Positions 1 to 16,997 of a DNA stretch of 64,000 nucleotides are shown piece by piece. The stretch is from Amoebidium appalachense (lineage: Eukaryota > Protista > Ichthyosporea): contig CAVNZM010000004.1 in the NCBI GenBank assembly GCA_963693365.1, positions 9,638,468 through 9,702,467 of the forward strand, in the 5' to 3' direction. Made by a program: the position numbers and the translations under genes. Under the pieces are notes generated by a model. It was not told where the DNA came from, searched no databases, and saw only the letters and a list, made by a program, of their open reading frames with translations. The stretch's first letter is position 1; each line of letters starts with the position of its first letter.

Positions 1-420
1 AAGGCGTGCCGTTTTATTATCAATACCTCTAGGTATTAAAGTAGTGCTTAAACGTGATAGCTAAGAGTTCGTCCTTTTGTTGAACTTCTTCGGTTTTGTC
101 ATACATTCAATCAACCTATTCATATTCGAACTTTCTTGTGACATGTCGACCGTCGGTAAGTCACCGTGTGACCCAAAATTACAAAACCCTGGCTGTAACG
201 CGGGGATAGCCCTTCAAAGGCTGTTTATGTCATTGTATGATCTTATATAATCAGTAATTTAAAACGTTTAAGACATATATTATTAAAACATTTTATAACA
301 AATACTGTTTAATGATGCTGCTGTGTTATGACGGCTATTTAGTAGCCGGTTTTTAGGGTTTGAAAAGCTTCGAGCGCCGCATTCATTGGTCAAAACACAA
401 ACGGCTCACCCATATATAAT

Positions 421-791
421 GAGTCGCTTTGCGTGAATCTAAATATCTAAATATTCGGCGAATTTAGAGATCCAAAGCCGTTCTCTAAATATCTAAAAGT
501 CTGCTCGATTCGCGTAGAGCAGTTTAGAAACTGATTTATCTAGATCGTAGGTCGCACTTGTATTGGATAAAAGGTGCTTAGGCAGGTTCCAAGGACCAAT
601 CGTCTCATCCCAGACATCTAGAAGACCCTCCCCTCCATACCTTCCAGATTCGCCCATCTGGAAGAGGGTCGAAATCAATCTAGATTTTATGCAAACTTTA
701 AAACTTTAACAGATCGATCGGAATGCGGAAGTTTTATACGTAAATATAACAATCTAGATATTTAGATATCTAGATCCACGCGGAGCGGCTC
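421..791. mobile_element. MITE (non-autonomous TIR element, possibly PIF/Harbinger-like)
   Basis: 34-bp terminal inverted repeats (421-454 gagtcgctttgcgtgaatctaaatatctaaatat vs reverse complement of 758-791) with 5 mismatches, all transitions; AAT on both flanks (418-420, 792-794) as candidate 3-bp TSD; no coding capacity. Confidence 0.7.
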
Positions 792-929
792 AATGCCCCC
801 GCCTCATCCACTGGTCTTATCCACAAGAGCACAAAAAAATATTGCGAGGGAGTGAGAGAGGGAGAGAGAAGCATACATAACAAAAGAAAAAGCCGCACAT
901 ACATCACACTTTACATTATAACAGCAACA

Positions 930-5942
<5,013 letters not shown>

Positions 5943-6682
5943 AGCCCCCAATGACCACGAAATTTCCTAGGCACGTCGTGTGTAACAGTGTTAAATGGCT
6001 GCTCACCTGCGTGGGTAGTTAAGACGGGGCTATATGTGTTGCAAATTGTTTATCGGATTTTTGCTGCGCGTGAAATCGGCTTGAAAATCTTGAATGTGCC
6101 CCCCCCCCCGATGGGCTCTGCTTATTATGCATACTCTTTATGTATGGCTTGCATTCTGCATCGTGTCATCCTTTTGTTCTTGTGTACTTCGTACTTTTTG
6201 ACGCATTCAAACCCCCCCCCCCCCCCCCGGGAGGTTTTCTTTATGCGTTTTATAGCAGTTACTTGGTTTCTTTGCTCATAGGAGTTATGTTCAACATCAT
6301 GTACATAGTTCAATATCTTTGCATTTTTCGGAAATTAAAACCGAGGAAGATGTGTAACCATACCTGCTAGAAGAATTCAGCGGGACAGAAGTTTTCAATC
6401 AACGGATTTGCGGGCTCTGCCCCCTCTCTTTCTCTCTCCCCCTCCCCCTCCCTCCCCCTCCCCCCCCCCTAATGATATTACAGCAGTTGTGTTGCACACA
6501 GTCACTGGCCTCTATTCACATTTTGTTAGTTTAAGCTTGTGTGTCCTTTTTCGCCGTGTATACGCATGCTTTTTCCCTTGTTTTCGGCCGCGGTCCCAAG
6601 CACTCCGTGTCATACACGTGGACGTCTGTACCTAGCTAGGTCTTCTCGAGTTCCCTGGGCTACCCAACCACACACGCACACA

Positions 6683-6729
<47 letters not shown>

Positions 6730-6737
6730 TGCTGGCG

Positions 6738-6838
<101 letters not shown>

Positions 6839-7332
6839 CACTACCATGTATACATGCACCAATTCTCAATTTACACTACAACCAAAACAACAAAAAGAAC
6901 ACGAAAATTAGTAGACTCGAAATCCGTAGCACCAAAACACAGCACACAGCATCATCACGTGACTGCATGTGCACTGTCATTACAAGCTGCACCCCTGTGC
7001 AAACACCTAATGGGATTGGGCATGCTGCATGCACTGTACACACACACCGTATTTGTTTCGAGGGAAGGTTGGGGGGGGGGGGGGGGGGGGGGGCTGCTGC
7101 TAGCCTACGTTCCGAGTTGATTAAGGGACGACAGCTCGATGCCCGAGATCTAGGGGGGAAGTCTCAGAGGGAACGTGAAGGAGCCTCCAAGGGCCGGGGG
7201 GCCCGGGGGGGAGAAGAGAGATAGATAGAGAGAGAAAGTCTGAGAGACAGGCAGGGAGATCTCGAGAGAGATAGGGGGCGAGGAAGGGGGGGGAGAAGGA
7301 GAGGAAGGGAGGGAGGGGGGGAGGGGGGGGGG

Positions 7333-7372
<40 letters not shown>

Positions 7373-7731
7373 TTCGTCGATGTCATGCAAGGACACCGAA
7401 GTTGGAAAAGCACACCACACGACGGCTTGCAAATGTCATACATTGGTCATGGCAAACCGTGTACCGCGGCCGATGTTATAATAAATATATCATTGAATTC
7501 GAAGGCCAGTCAATCAATGGTACTATAGTAGGATAGCTATAAGGTTCTCGCGGCCTCCAGGGCCCTCGAGCTCCCCGCGGGCCCTCCCAGGTGCCAGGCA
7601 TTGCAGGCAGCGACCCGCGGGGCTCCCGCGGGACTCAACCGAATCTAGATCTGAGCAGGGTGACGACCAATCACGCGATGGTCCAAAAAGGCATCCAACT
7701 GAAATGCATCATTGTTATAACTACAAATAGT

Positions 7732-7928
7732 GGGGGGTTTACGCTGTTTACTCGAGGCAAAGAGAACCAGTCTCAGGTATGGGGGGGGGGGTTTTGCTCG
7801 GAATATCCCCTCAGCGGTATATCATGATCACGTACATAGATGTCGGGTGGTGACTATATATCAGGGTTTACTTTCTCTACGAGACACCATAAAGACTACA
7901 AGGAGAAATCAATTAGTTGGGGTTCCCC

Positions 7929-7929
<1 letters not shown>
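7732..7929. repeat. About 200-bp dispersed repeat, copy 1 (unclassified: SINE-like or a transposon end)
   Basis: Closely matches the reverse complement of 41065-41266 (e.g. gtttacgctgtttactcgaggcaaagaga, ttttgctcggaatatcccctca, atcatgatcacgtacatagatgtcgggtg, ttagttggggttccccg); abuts the LINE poly(A). Confidence 0.85.
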
Positions 7930-7969
<40 letters not shown>

Positions 7970-8001
7970 GGGCTCCCCTCGGGACACTCGGTATCAGCTG
8001 G

Positions 8002-8054
<53 letters not shown>

Positions 8055-10592
8055 TGTGTGTGTGTGCGCGTGCGCTATAATTTTGTAGTGATGTGTTTCT
8101 CAAGCCAATCAATACATCTAATAAACAGGTCGTAGTTACGCGTGTTTAGTATAAAATCAAGGATGTTGTAATTTACAGGTAGGCTATCTTTCTGGGTGTC
8201 TGTTGTGAATGTGACGTGTGTGTGTTGCGGTATTATGTGGTCTATCAAACTACATTTGGCGATACATGACCGGTTAAACTGGTGTGTGTGTGTGTTGTTT
8301 GGGCATGCAAATGATGCCACCTTATACTTATTAGATCTCCACTGTATAGCACGTGTACAGTAAAAGCGTGGTAATTGATCAATAATACCATCAGCTAGAG
8401 AAAGACCAGTTCTACAGGAAGGTAATATGTATTTAGGTGTTATACACTTGCGAGTGCCATATTTGGCAATATGGTTGAGGCGGTCAGTATATATAAAACG
8501 AGACATAAGGCTTAGTTTTTCAAGGTGTATGCTTTCATCGGGTCTAGTGTCGTTTGGTATCTTTTTCCATTTGTTATATTGCGTGATTATCTTGTGATTG
8601 TGTACATGTTTAATAAGTAAGTGGCAGTCCAAAGTCACACACACACTATTGCGGGGTTTATTTGTATTTGTGCCCAGGGGAGAAGGGGAGAGAGAGGGGA
8701 GGAAAGAGGGGAGAGGTGAGGAGGGGACAGGTCGGATAGAGAAGAGAGGGTGGGAGGGCAAATACTTCTTTAAGCGGCTTATGTGCTTATTGAATTTCAG
8801 CGCGAGATAGGATACTCTAGCAGCTATTGGGACCAGACCATATATCGAGAGCGTTACAGGCCCAGGTTTACAACAGTTGTTAGATAGAAAGGAGGCAACT
8901 TCTGCTTCAAGGAAATTTGCCAAGGGTTTAAGCGCTCTAGTTCTCTCTTTCTTGATCCAAGCGGCGAGAAGGGGTAAACCATATTCACATGCCGGGAAGA
9001 CAAAAGTGCGAATAAATGTAAGTCTAATAGAAGGATGGAGGGGTGTGTCTTTAAAAATATTAGCCGAGAAGAAAGCTAACCGCTTACGAGCCAACTCTAC
9101 CCTCTTTTCGACCATATGGGGAAACATAACACCAACAGAATCAACCGGAACACCAAGATATTTGTATTCTGGAACTATAGGTACAGGTTTAGATGATAAT
9201 GTAAATGTGTGTAAATTGTTAGCTATATCAGGTACAAGAACACCACATTTGTCTATGTTAAGGATCATAAGGTTTGCCTTGCACCACTCTGACACTACAT
9301 CGAACAATCTTTGCAGGCGTCTAGGGGTACGGGCAAGGAGGGACAGATCATCAGCATAGAGAAGTGCAGGCGGAAAGTTATTAATAGGGTCATCGTTTTC
9401 GGCGTAAATCTTGACAGCCAAATCATCTATAAATAGGTTAAACAAAAAGGGGCTAAGCAATGAGCCCTGCAAGAGACCTCTAGTACGAGCAAAACCATAT
9501 GAAAGATGCCCATTAACCACAGCTCTACCATAGGTTTGAGACAAGAGTGCTTCTAACAGAACACCAATGCAGTGTGGTACACCCCGTGCAGCAAGCTTTT
9601 CCCATAGGAGACCAGGGGAGACAGAATCGTAAGCAGTTTTCCAATCAATAAAGCCAACATATTGTGCACCAACTTGCATAGAATCGTGCAGTGCCATTAT
9701 TTGAACATAACATGAATTGTTTTTACGAAAAGCGGATTGGCATGGGTGTATGTGAAGAATAGATTGAAACCTAGGGTGATGTGCAAATAACCTAAGTAAG
9801 CAAGCTTCAAAGAATCTACGAACAACCTGGGTTAGTGTAATGGGGCGAAAGGATGATATGGGGCCCTCAGAGTCCTTCTTAACTATGGGGATCACTAAGG
9901 TATCTAACCAAGATGACGGGACATGTCCACATTTAACACACCAAGAAAAGAGAGAGCTTAACATGATAGTAAGATCAGGTTTAATAGCACGATCACTTTC
10001 CTTTTGTGGGTAGGAGGGAACAAGGATTTTAAGAAACCCAGCAGGGAGTCCATCAGGTCCACAAGACTTACTAGAGCTATAACTAGATATCACAGACCAT
10101 ATGGCATCGGGACTGAAAAAGGGGAGGATCGATTCTATGGGGATAGATGGGTCTACAGGCCACACAATAGGTTTCTGAGCGGGGGTCCTATCTTTAAACA
10201 GTTCCGAGAAATACTTATCAGAGTCTATGAGGGGGTCTCCAGTGGTATCACCAATAATACGAGCAGGGGGGCCAAATCGATTCATACTAGCAAGCCGGCG
10301 CAAGCTTTCCTTTTGAGACAGGGGTTCACCTAGTCTAGCGGGAGTGGTGTTTGGTAACAAGAGAGCATCGGGATATTCCTTCCTACCACCGCCAGCATAA
10401 TCACCGAGATCTATCAAATCATCAACAATAAAGTTAGTGCATGTATCTAGTACGAGATGTGAATCTGGCCTGGCTTGTGCAGATTCTAATAGGCGCATAT
10501 ATATAGGGTGTTTCGTAGCATAGCATACACATACATCAACTCTACCCCACTGTGACTTAAGCTGGGATAGACTTAAGTCACAGTGGGGTAGA
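7930..10592 (-). mobile_element. 5'-truncated non-LTR retrotransposon (LINE)
   Basis: Intronless RT ORF, short 3'UTR containing (CA)n, 36-nt poly(A) (T run 7930-7965 on +), no endonuclease domain in the retained part, inverted duplication at the 5' junction; no clear TSD found. Confidence 0.85.
8075..10498 (-). CDS. Non-LTR retrotransposon reverse transcriptase (ORF2 remnant, 807 aa) with Cys/His-containing C-terminus
   Basis: RT motifs KSCGPDGL, IPIVKK, FRPITL, QSAFR, FIDWKTAYDSV, GLLQGSLLSPFLFNLFID, LYADD, KYLGV; C-terminal WR..C..H..R..C segment. Frame stays open upstream of Met 10498 through the junction hairpin. Confidence 0.93.
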   Translation of the reverse strand: MRLLESAQARPDSHLVLDTCTNFIVDDLIDLGDYAGGGRKEYPDALLLPNTTPARLGEPLSQKESLRRLASMNRFGPPARIIGDTTGDPLIDSDKYFSELFKDRTPAQKPIVWPVDPSIPIESILPFFSPDAIWSVISSYSSSKSCGPDGLPAGFLKILVPSYPQKESDRAIKPDLTIMLSSLFSWCVKCGHVPSSWLDTLVIPIVKKDSEGPISSFRPITLTQVVRRFFEACLLRLFAHHPRFQSILHIHPCQSAFRKNNSCYVQIMALHDSMQVGAQYVGFIDWKTAYDSVSPGLLWEKLAARGVPHCIGVLLEALLSQTYGRAVVNGHLSYGFARTRGLLQGSLLSPFLFNLFIDDLAVKIYAENDDPINNFPPALLYADDLSLLARTPRRLQRLFDVVSEWCKANLMILNIDKCGVLVPDIANNLHTFTLSSKPVPIVPEYKYLGVPVDSVGVMFPHMVEKRVELARKRLAFFSANIFKDTPLHPSIRLTFIRTFVFPACEYGLPLLAAWIKKERTRALKPLANFLEAEVASFLSNNCCKPGPVTLSIYGLVPIAARVSYLALKFNKHISRLKKYLPSHPLFSIRPVPSSPLPSFLPSLSPSPLGTNTNKPRNSVCVTLDCHLLIKHVHNHKIITQYNKWKKIPNDTRPDESIHLEKLSLMSRFIYTDRLNHIAKYGTRKCITPKYILPSCRTGLSLADGIIDQLPRFYCTRAIQWRSNKYKVASFACPNNTHTHQFNRSCIAKCSLIDHIIPQHTHVTFTTDTQKDSLPVNYNILDFILNTRNYDLFIRCIDWLEKHITTKL

Positions 10593-11182
10593 TCAAATCT
10601 TCAAACACCAATGATCGCAAAGGAGAACACAATTCATGTATTGTATATGCACTACTGCTGCAGTATGTAGCTTGCTTTAGTGCTGCATCTTCGCTCATTG
10701 GATTTGGAGCTCCTTATATACACAACTGTCATGAGCGTGCCAGCTTTCCGTACATGTATTGCATATACTTGCAAACCATATTGTCGAGTTGCTGAAGAAT
10801 CGTTCACGGCAAGATTATTATACAATAATACAATAGCATAGTGTACGTACTTGAAGAGGACTGTGATCATTCATAATTAGACTGCTAGCTCACAAGTACC
10901 ATTAATACATTAGTTTTGCATACCTCCTATAATCACAAGACAGCATCGGTCAATTTGCTTCAGATAAACATCATCCCGCACTGTTCAAAACCAACACTGA
11001 TCAGGCAGAAGAAGTACAGACTTCAGCTGTGTCTGAGCGGCAAAGTCAACACCGTGGAGGAGCAAACTTTCGGAACTAGTATTCGAAGACCGTCACAGCG
11101 AATACTGTAATTGACTCAAGTTGAAACGAGAGACTTGCGAAACTATAACCGGAACTTGCGAAGGTTGAAAAAAAACTGGAAA

Positions 11183-11443
11183 ATGTCGTTCGTAAAGTTG
11201 GCAATCACAGCGGCCATTGTCATCTGCATGCTCACCGCCCTAGCAGTGGGCCTGCAAGAATTGGTCGACCAGATGTGGGCAGAGATAATGTTCCTGTGCG
11301 GGGCGGCAACAGCTGCGGCGGCCTGTGGGATATACTGCAGATATACAAGATATCACAGCACGAAAGATTGCTTGTGTGCGCACGAAAATGCCATGGCGGG
11401 GATGCGTGAGGAGGCAGTTCAGATGGTCAAAAAGGCGGCGTAA
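11183..11443 (+). CDS. Putative small intronless membrane protein (86 aa), orphan
   Basis: MSFVKLAITAAIVICMLTALAVGLQELVDQMWAEIMFLCGAATAAAACGIYC...: two hydrophobic segments, aaaATG start context, unique non-repeat sequence; no family recognised. Confidence 0.4.
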   Translation: MSFVKLAITAAIVICMLTALAVGLQELVDQMWAEIMFLCGAATAAAACGIYCRYTRYHSTKDCLCAHENAMAGMREEAVQMVKKAA

Positions 11444-11693
11444 GAGAGAGAGTGAAGGCAGGAAGTTCAAGTGGTGCATCGAACAGCTCACACATACTGT
11501 TTCTTGGCGAAGATTTCGATATTATCTTCGTAAGATGTTGGTGTAACGTGCACTTAGGTGATTTGCTTTTTTGTATCATATACTTAAAATAGAGGGTTGT
11601 ATCCCCATGCACAATGTGTGTGTGCTGAGAGTCTCACTGGGAACAAACATGGCTGGGACGGGTCACTCTAAGATGAACCAATCAAATTACCAA

Positions 11694-11783
<90 letters not shown>

Positions 11784-12025
11784 TCTCAGATTCTGTGTGT
11801 GTATGTTTGGGGGCCTGCGGCGGGCCGGGGGGGGGGGGGGGGGGGGGGGGCTTTAGGTTGAATGGTTATCATGTATCATTAAATCATGGACGCCAGGTTC
11901 CAAGCGATTTTAATGTGCTTGGGAAGAATTACACACCTGAAGATGTGGAGGCAGAAGAAACTTGAAAATATCCTATTGTTTATCACAATGAAAGTTTATT
12001 ATGCCTTTGCCGGCCGCCGGGGCGG

Positions 12026-12129
12026 GAATTGTTGTTATCGTTGCAACACACACAGAATCTGACACAGACACACTTACGCGCGAATTGTTGTTATCGTTGC
12101 AACACACACAGAATCTGACACAGACACAC
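12026..12129. repeat. Short tandem duplication (about 55 bp x2)
   Basis: gaattgttgttatcgttgcaacacacacagaatctgacacagacacact occurs twice. Confidence 0.8.
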
Positions 12130-12216
12130 TCACGCGCGCGTGTCACACACACACACACACACACACACTCACGCGCGCGACACGCACGCGCGTGACACAC
12201 ACACACACACACAAAC

Positions 12217-12403
<187 letters not shown>

Positions 12404-12415
12404 AAGCTCAGCGCC

Positions 12416-12483
<68 letters not shown>

Positions 12484-12487
12484 AGCG

Positions 12488-12634
<147 letters not shown>

Positions 12635-12863
12635 GCTAAGTGCCCTCCCCCCCCCCCCCCTCCCAAAAAAAGAAAAAAAAAAACAAAAACCGGAATCCCC
12701 CCCCCCCCCCCCTCTCCCAAAAAAAAAGAAAAAAAACAAACAAAAACCGGAATCCATGTCAACGTTAACCCCCCCCCCCCCCCCCCCGGGGCCCCCAGGC
12801 CCCTCCCCGACCCCTGCCCCACAGGCATTAAACACGTACAACACACACACACTTGCATGTGTG

Positions 12864-12899
<36 letters not shown>

Positions 12900-14451
12900 C
12901 ACTTTCGCAACTGCACCGATACATACAACCCACACACCAGGTCCTGCATCCAGGCACACACAACAACACCCACAAGTGCAGAGAAAAATCCGGATCCAAA
13001 CTGCCACACCAACACACACACTGAACGGGCCAGAATTAAGGAAGGGTTTTTCCACACATAAACACTCTGGCACGCACACACACGTGTGTGGGTCCATGGT
13101 GTGTCTGAATATGTGTGTGTTCGCGTGGCACTGAACATACAAAGACTTTAGTAAACTTGTGCGTATGCACAAAAGTGTATTTTGCAGTCTTGTATCGCCT
13201 GCCATCCATTCACACTAAAAACGGGCACGTACTCTACTTGGGAGCCCCCCCCCCCCCCCCCCCCCCCTCTCCCCTCCTCCTCCCCTTACCCTCCCCTCCC
13301 CCCCCCCCCCCCCCCCCCCCTCCCCGCTGTCCACGCTCACACCGTGTGCATATACATGACATAATATGTGTGTGTGCGTGCACCTGGTCCAGACACAAAG
13401 CTAAGCGGACAGCTAGCACACAGGACGACTCGTCTTCACATATTCTCAACGTACACGTACACACATAAACTCAAACGCAGTCACATACACACACGTGCAC
13501 GCCCGAGCACGCATTGTTGTGACAGTAGGTCTCGTACATGAAAATTTCACATGGGCATGCAGACTGAACACTACTAGAGTACTCAGCCTATAAGGGCCTC
13601 CTATCGATAATGCCCATGGCATCAAGTTATCCGTGAATGAATGCTGCTGACTCAATTGCTGTGGCCTACTGTTTGTGATTGTGTACACCTGTTGTATGAC
13701 GCGTATGGACGTCCAGCTGCATTGCTGATATGGAAGTGCACGGCACAGGGCCCATATCCGGGCCCCACGTGCATATCCATATGGCGCACAAGCGGGGAAA
13801 AAGCCAGGCAGTAGGGGTTGTCGGAGCCACCACGGATACACATGGCAAGTCACGACCTTAGGTGCAGCAACACGGCGCCCAGAAAACCGCGAGCTTCAGC
13901 CAAGGCTAAGCCCTATACGCAACGTCGTCCCCACCAAAAGACTGACTGCGAGGATCTTAAAACCAAGCGGGCTATATACCCGAGGATTGACAGCTCTGCA
14001 ACGGTGATGGGGCACCCCAACAGCCAGGGCGAACTGGCATGCATGTGTGGGCACACGCGCAAGTTGGTGTTACTGCATCTCACTGACCCGAGCTCACACG
14101 GAGCCCCACTGGTGTGCTTTGGCCCCAACAAAGTTGGTCGCCTGCCAAGGCACACGATACAAAGCATAAGCGGCTTTGCACCCTGAGTGACACGCAGCGT
14201 ATAAGTGGGCATGTAGCGCGCTGTCACACCGTGAGGGGGTGGCACAATCATGACACTGCCCCGATCTGGCTCCCCAAAACCAGTTCGGTTCAGTTCCACA
14301 ACAATTGCTGTATTCTTCATTGTACACGAAAAAAAAAAAAAAAAAATTCCTGCATGTAATGACCCCTGAGTGTAACTGGCTGGATACGACCTCCAACATT
14401 CTTATCTATGACAACATTCATGATCTCTTGCACCAACTTCATAAGTATTAT

Positions 14452-14872
14452 TAAGGGCGTGTTTGTCGTCTTTTCATCGTATTCGTCTTTCAGCCTAAAG
14501 ACGAATAAGAATATGTCTCCTGCCAAACGCGCCACAGGTTTCAACTTTACGCTAAAGACGCTGGACATCGCTCTAGCAAGCGAAAATCACCTCGGGAGGT
14601 GATTTTCGAAAAGATCGGATATAACTTTAAGCCAATCATAAGCGACATGAGCATTATTGGATCACTCTGATCCAATCCAATATTTGCACCGCAATGCACC
14701 TTTTATGGCGATTCGGGCGGGCTCAACTTTCGTGTTTAGGCGTGTTTGGTACGCCATAATCGTATTTCAACCCTAAATACGCATACCACAAAATAATTTT
14801 ATAAACACGATTTATCGTCTTTTCGCCATAAATACGAATACGCTTTTTGGAGGGTTACCAAACACGCCCTTA
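14452..14872. mobile_element. Tourist/PIF-Harbinger-like MITE, with a third TIR-like motif at 14739
   Basis: Perfect 14-bp inverted repeat taagggcgtgtttg (14452-14465) / caaacacgccctta (14859-14872); GGGCGTGTTTG ends resemble Tourist TIRs; TSD ambiguous (TA, or TAA/TTA). Confidence 0.6.
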
Positions 14873-15054
14873 GTATTTAATACGTTGCACCCTGCTTCGA
14901 ACCCACTCTTGATTCACAAATCAAGAGTGGGTTCGAAGCAGGGTGCAACGTATTAAATAGTTTTGTTTTTTTTGTGAATCAAGAGTGGGTTCGAAGCAGG
15001 GTGCAACGTATTAAATACTAAGGGCGTGTTTGGCAACCCTCCAAAAAGCGTATT
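14837..15054. repeat. Foldback palindrome with 84-bp arms and an internal 41-bp perfect hairpin
   Basis: 14837-14920 vs 14971-15054 are 83/84 complementary; 14874-14914 vs 14919-14959 are perfectly complementary around a 4-nt loop. Confidence 0.95.
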
Positions 15055-15120
15055 GCGTGAATAGCTGGCATGGTTTGGGTGGGAAAGGCCTATATATAGT
15101 ACAAGGGTGCTTCGCGGGCA

Positions 15121-15678
15121 TTAGCTCGGAAACGCGCGGCAGCAAGTCGTCCAGCAGAGCTGCCGCCGCTGGTCGTCGAGTCCCGCCCAGTTGGAGAAGC
15201 AGACGGCGCTGCACTCCCCAAAGCTGCTGTCGCGCATCTGCCTTGGCACACCCCGCTGCCCACCCATCGGCGGCCAAACCCTGAGTGCGGCCCTGGCCTG
15301 CACGCGGTGCTTTGCCACACCCACAGACCCCACAGCCACCTGGTCTTCGCCCGCGGCTGTGTTCGGCTCAAATATTAATGCACCTCTCGCCAAGCCGATG
15401 CCAGCCGGTGACACCTCGTCCTGGGCGCTGGCCATGGCTGCGACAGGGAGAGCTTTTGCAATGGGGACAGTTGGTGTGTCCTGGTTGTCTTGGGGCGCTA
15501 GTTAAAGGGCTGTTTGGGCTCACCTTCTGATGCAAGCGTGCAGGGCCGGGAGACTGCTGGTGGGGTTGTGGGTAGCCCTCACGCAGTCGGGCACACAGGT
15601 GGCGGGCATAGGGCACCCGAAGGAGGTGAGAGCGGACGCAAGGGCGGTAGTTGACTGGAGGACGAGAGCAGCGGCCAT
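15121..15678 (-). pseudogene. Intronless Cys-rich orphan gene (186 codons) interrupted by two in-frame stops
   Basis: acaaaaATG at 15678; MAAALVLQSTTALASALTSFGCPMPATCVPDCVRATHNPTSSLPALHACIRR*AQTAL*LAPQDNQDTPTVPIAKALPVAAMASAQDEV...ECSAVCFSNWAGLDDQRRQLCWTTCCRAFPS* in one frame; GC-rich island with AT-rich flanks. Confidence 0.5.
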
Positions 15679-15972
15679 TTTTGTAATAAATAAAATAAAA
15701 ACAGAGAAGGATTTTGTGTTTGATGGATGCGCTATAAGGTGTGAGTTACGGTTGCTATTTCACTTCACGCGGAGGCTCGAGCGGTTCGGTTTGTGTTGAT
15801 GTTTTGATGAACAAAGTGGCCTGATCGCTTTGTTTATATACCGCTTGCTGGAATGTCGTCTTCTGAATTCAGTTGCGCGTTGCCCAATTAGATGATCCTT
15901 TGTTATCTTAGAAATGTTCCTGTTTGTTGTTTACGTTGACCAATCCTGCCGCGGGGCGTTGAGGGGGAGGAA

Positions 15973-16004
<32 letters not shown>

Positions 16005-16021
16005 TTTCGTCCCGGGGGGAT

Positions 16022-16194
16022 GCGCCTGCGCAGAAGTCAATGCAAGATCTAGAATGTCCGGGGCTAAGAGCGTGACAAAATTGCCATACATGTGTAGTAA
16101 GCACCTTCTTGTGTATGCACGTATGTGAGTGTACATGTGCCTGTGTGCAGGTACATGAATGTGTACGGGTTTCTATAGTTGTGTGCGTGTGCGT

Positions 16195-16274
<80 letters not shown>

Positions 16275-16404
16275 ATGTGTGTGTGTGTGTGTGTGTGTAC
16301 ACTAGAGAGAGAGCTCTAGAGAGAGAGAGAGAGCTCTAGAGAGAGAGAGAGAGCTCTAGAGAGAGAGAGAGAGAGCTCTAGAGAGAGAGAGGGAGAGAGA
16401 GCTC

Positions 16405-16455
<51 letters not shown>

Positions 16456-16704
16456 TGTGTGTGTGTGTGATGATGAGTGAAATCTTGTTATTGCCCCATC
16501 TCCCCCCCCCTCTCCCCCCCTCAATGCGCAAGCCGATGGTCTCTCCCTGCACCCTCTTCGACCCTTAATGCGGCTCTCAGCCAACTAATGCCCTTATAGA
16601 TTTAAGCCTCACACGTTGAATACAATCACTCCCCAAAGGAGACACTGCAGATTCTTAATTAATTAACAGATCTTACACATATATTTCATACTGTGTTTGT
16701 GTGC

Positions 16705-16798
<94 letters not shown>

Positions 16799-16997
16799 CG
16801 GTGTGTGTGTGTGTTTTTGTGTTTCAGTGGCACTGGGGTTTTGTACTTCCTGCGTACAGGTACGTAAAATATGTACATATGTACCAAACATACATGCCAT
16901 ATCAGTACTCAGTACGTACATGCATACACATGCACGACAACATTTGTCACGCTCTTAGTAACCCAGGAAATTCTTGCTTTGACTTGTGCGCACGCGC
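16022..16997. repeat. Degenerate inverted repeat of about 70 bp (16022-16094 / 16927-16997) enclosing microsatellites; possible old MITE
   Basis: gcgcctgcgcagaagtcaatgcaaga...ctaagagcgtgacaaa matches the reverse complement of tttgtcacgctcttag...tcttgctttgacttgtgcgcacgcgc. Confidence 0.55.

Noticed and set aside
7760-8000. Hammerhead ribozyme or Penelope-type terminus near the RT element
   Set aside because: No CUGANGA...GAAA core found, and the RT motifs are of the non-LTR LINE type.
13446-14399. Unique GC-rich stretch with Cys-rich minus-strand frames (YSNCCGTEPNWFWG...)
   Set aside because: Stops in all frames, no recognisable domain and no consistent splice model; may be a decayed gene but cannot be supported.
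14928-14940. tRNA B-box-like GGTTCGAAGC in the palindrome
   Set aside because: No A-box or cloverleaf; not a tRNA gene.
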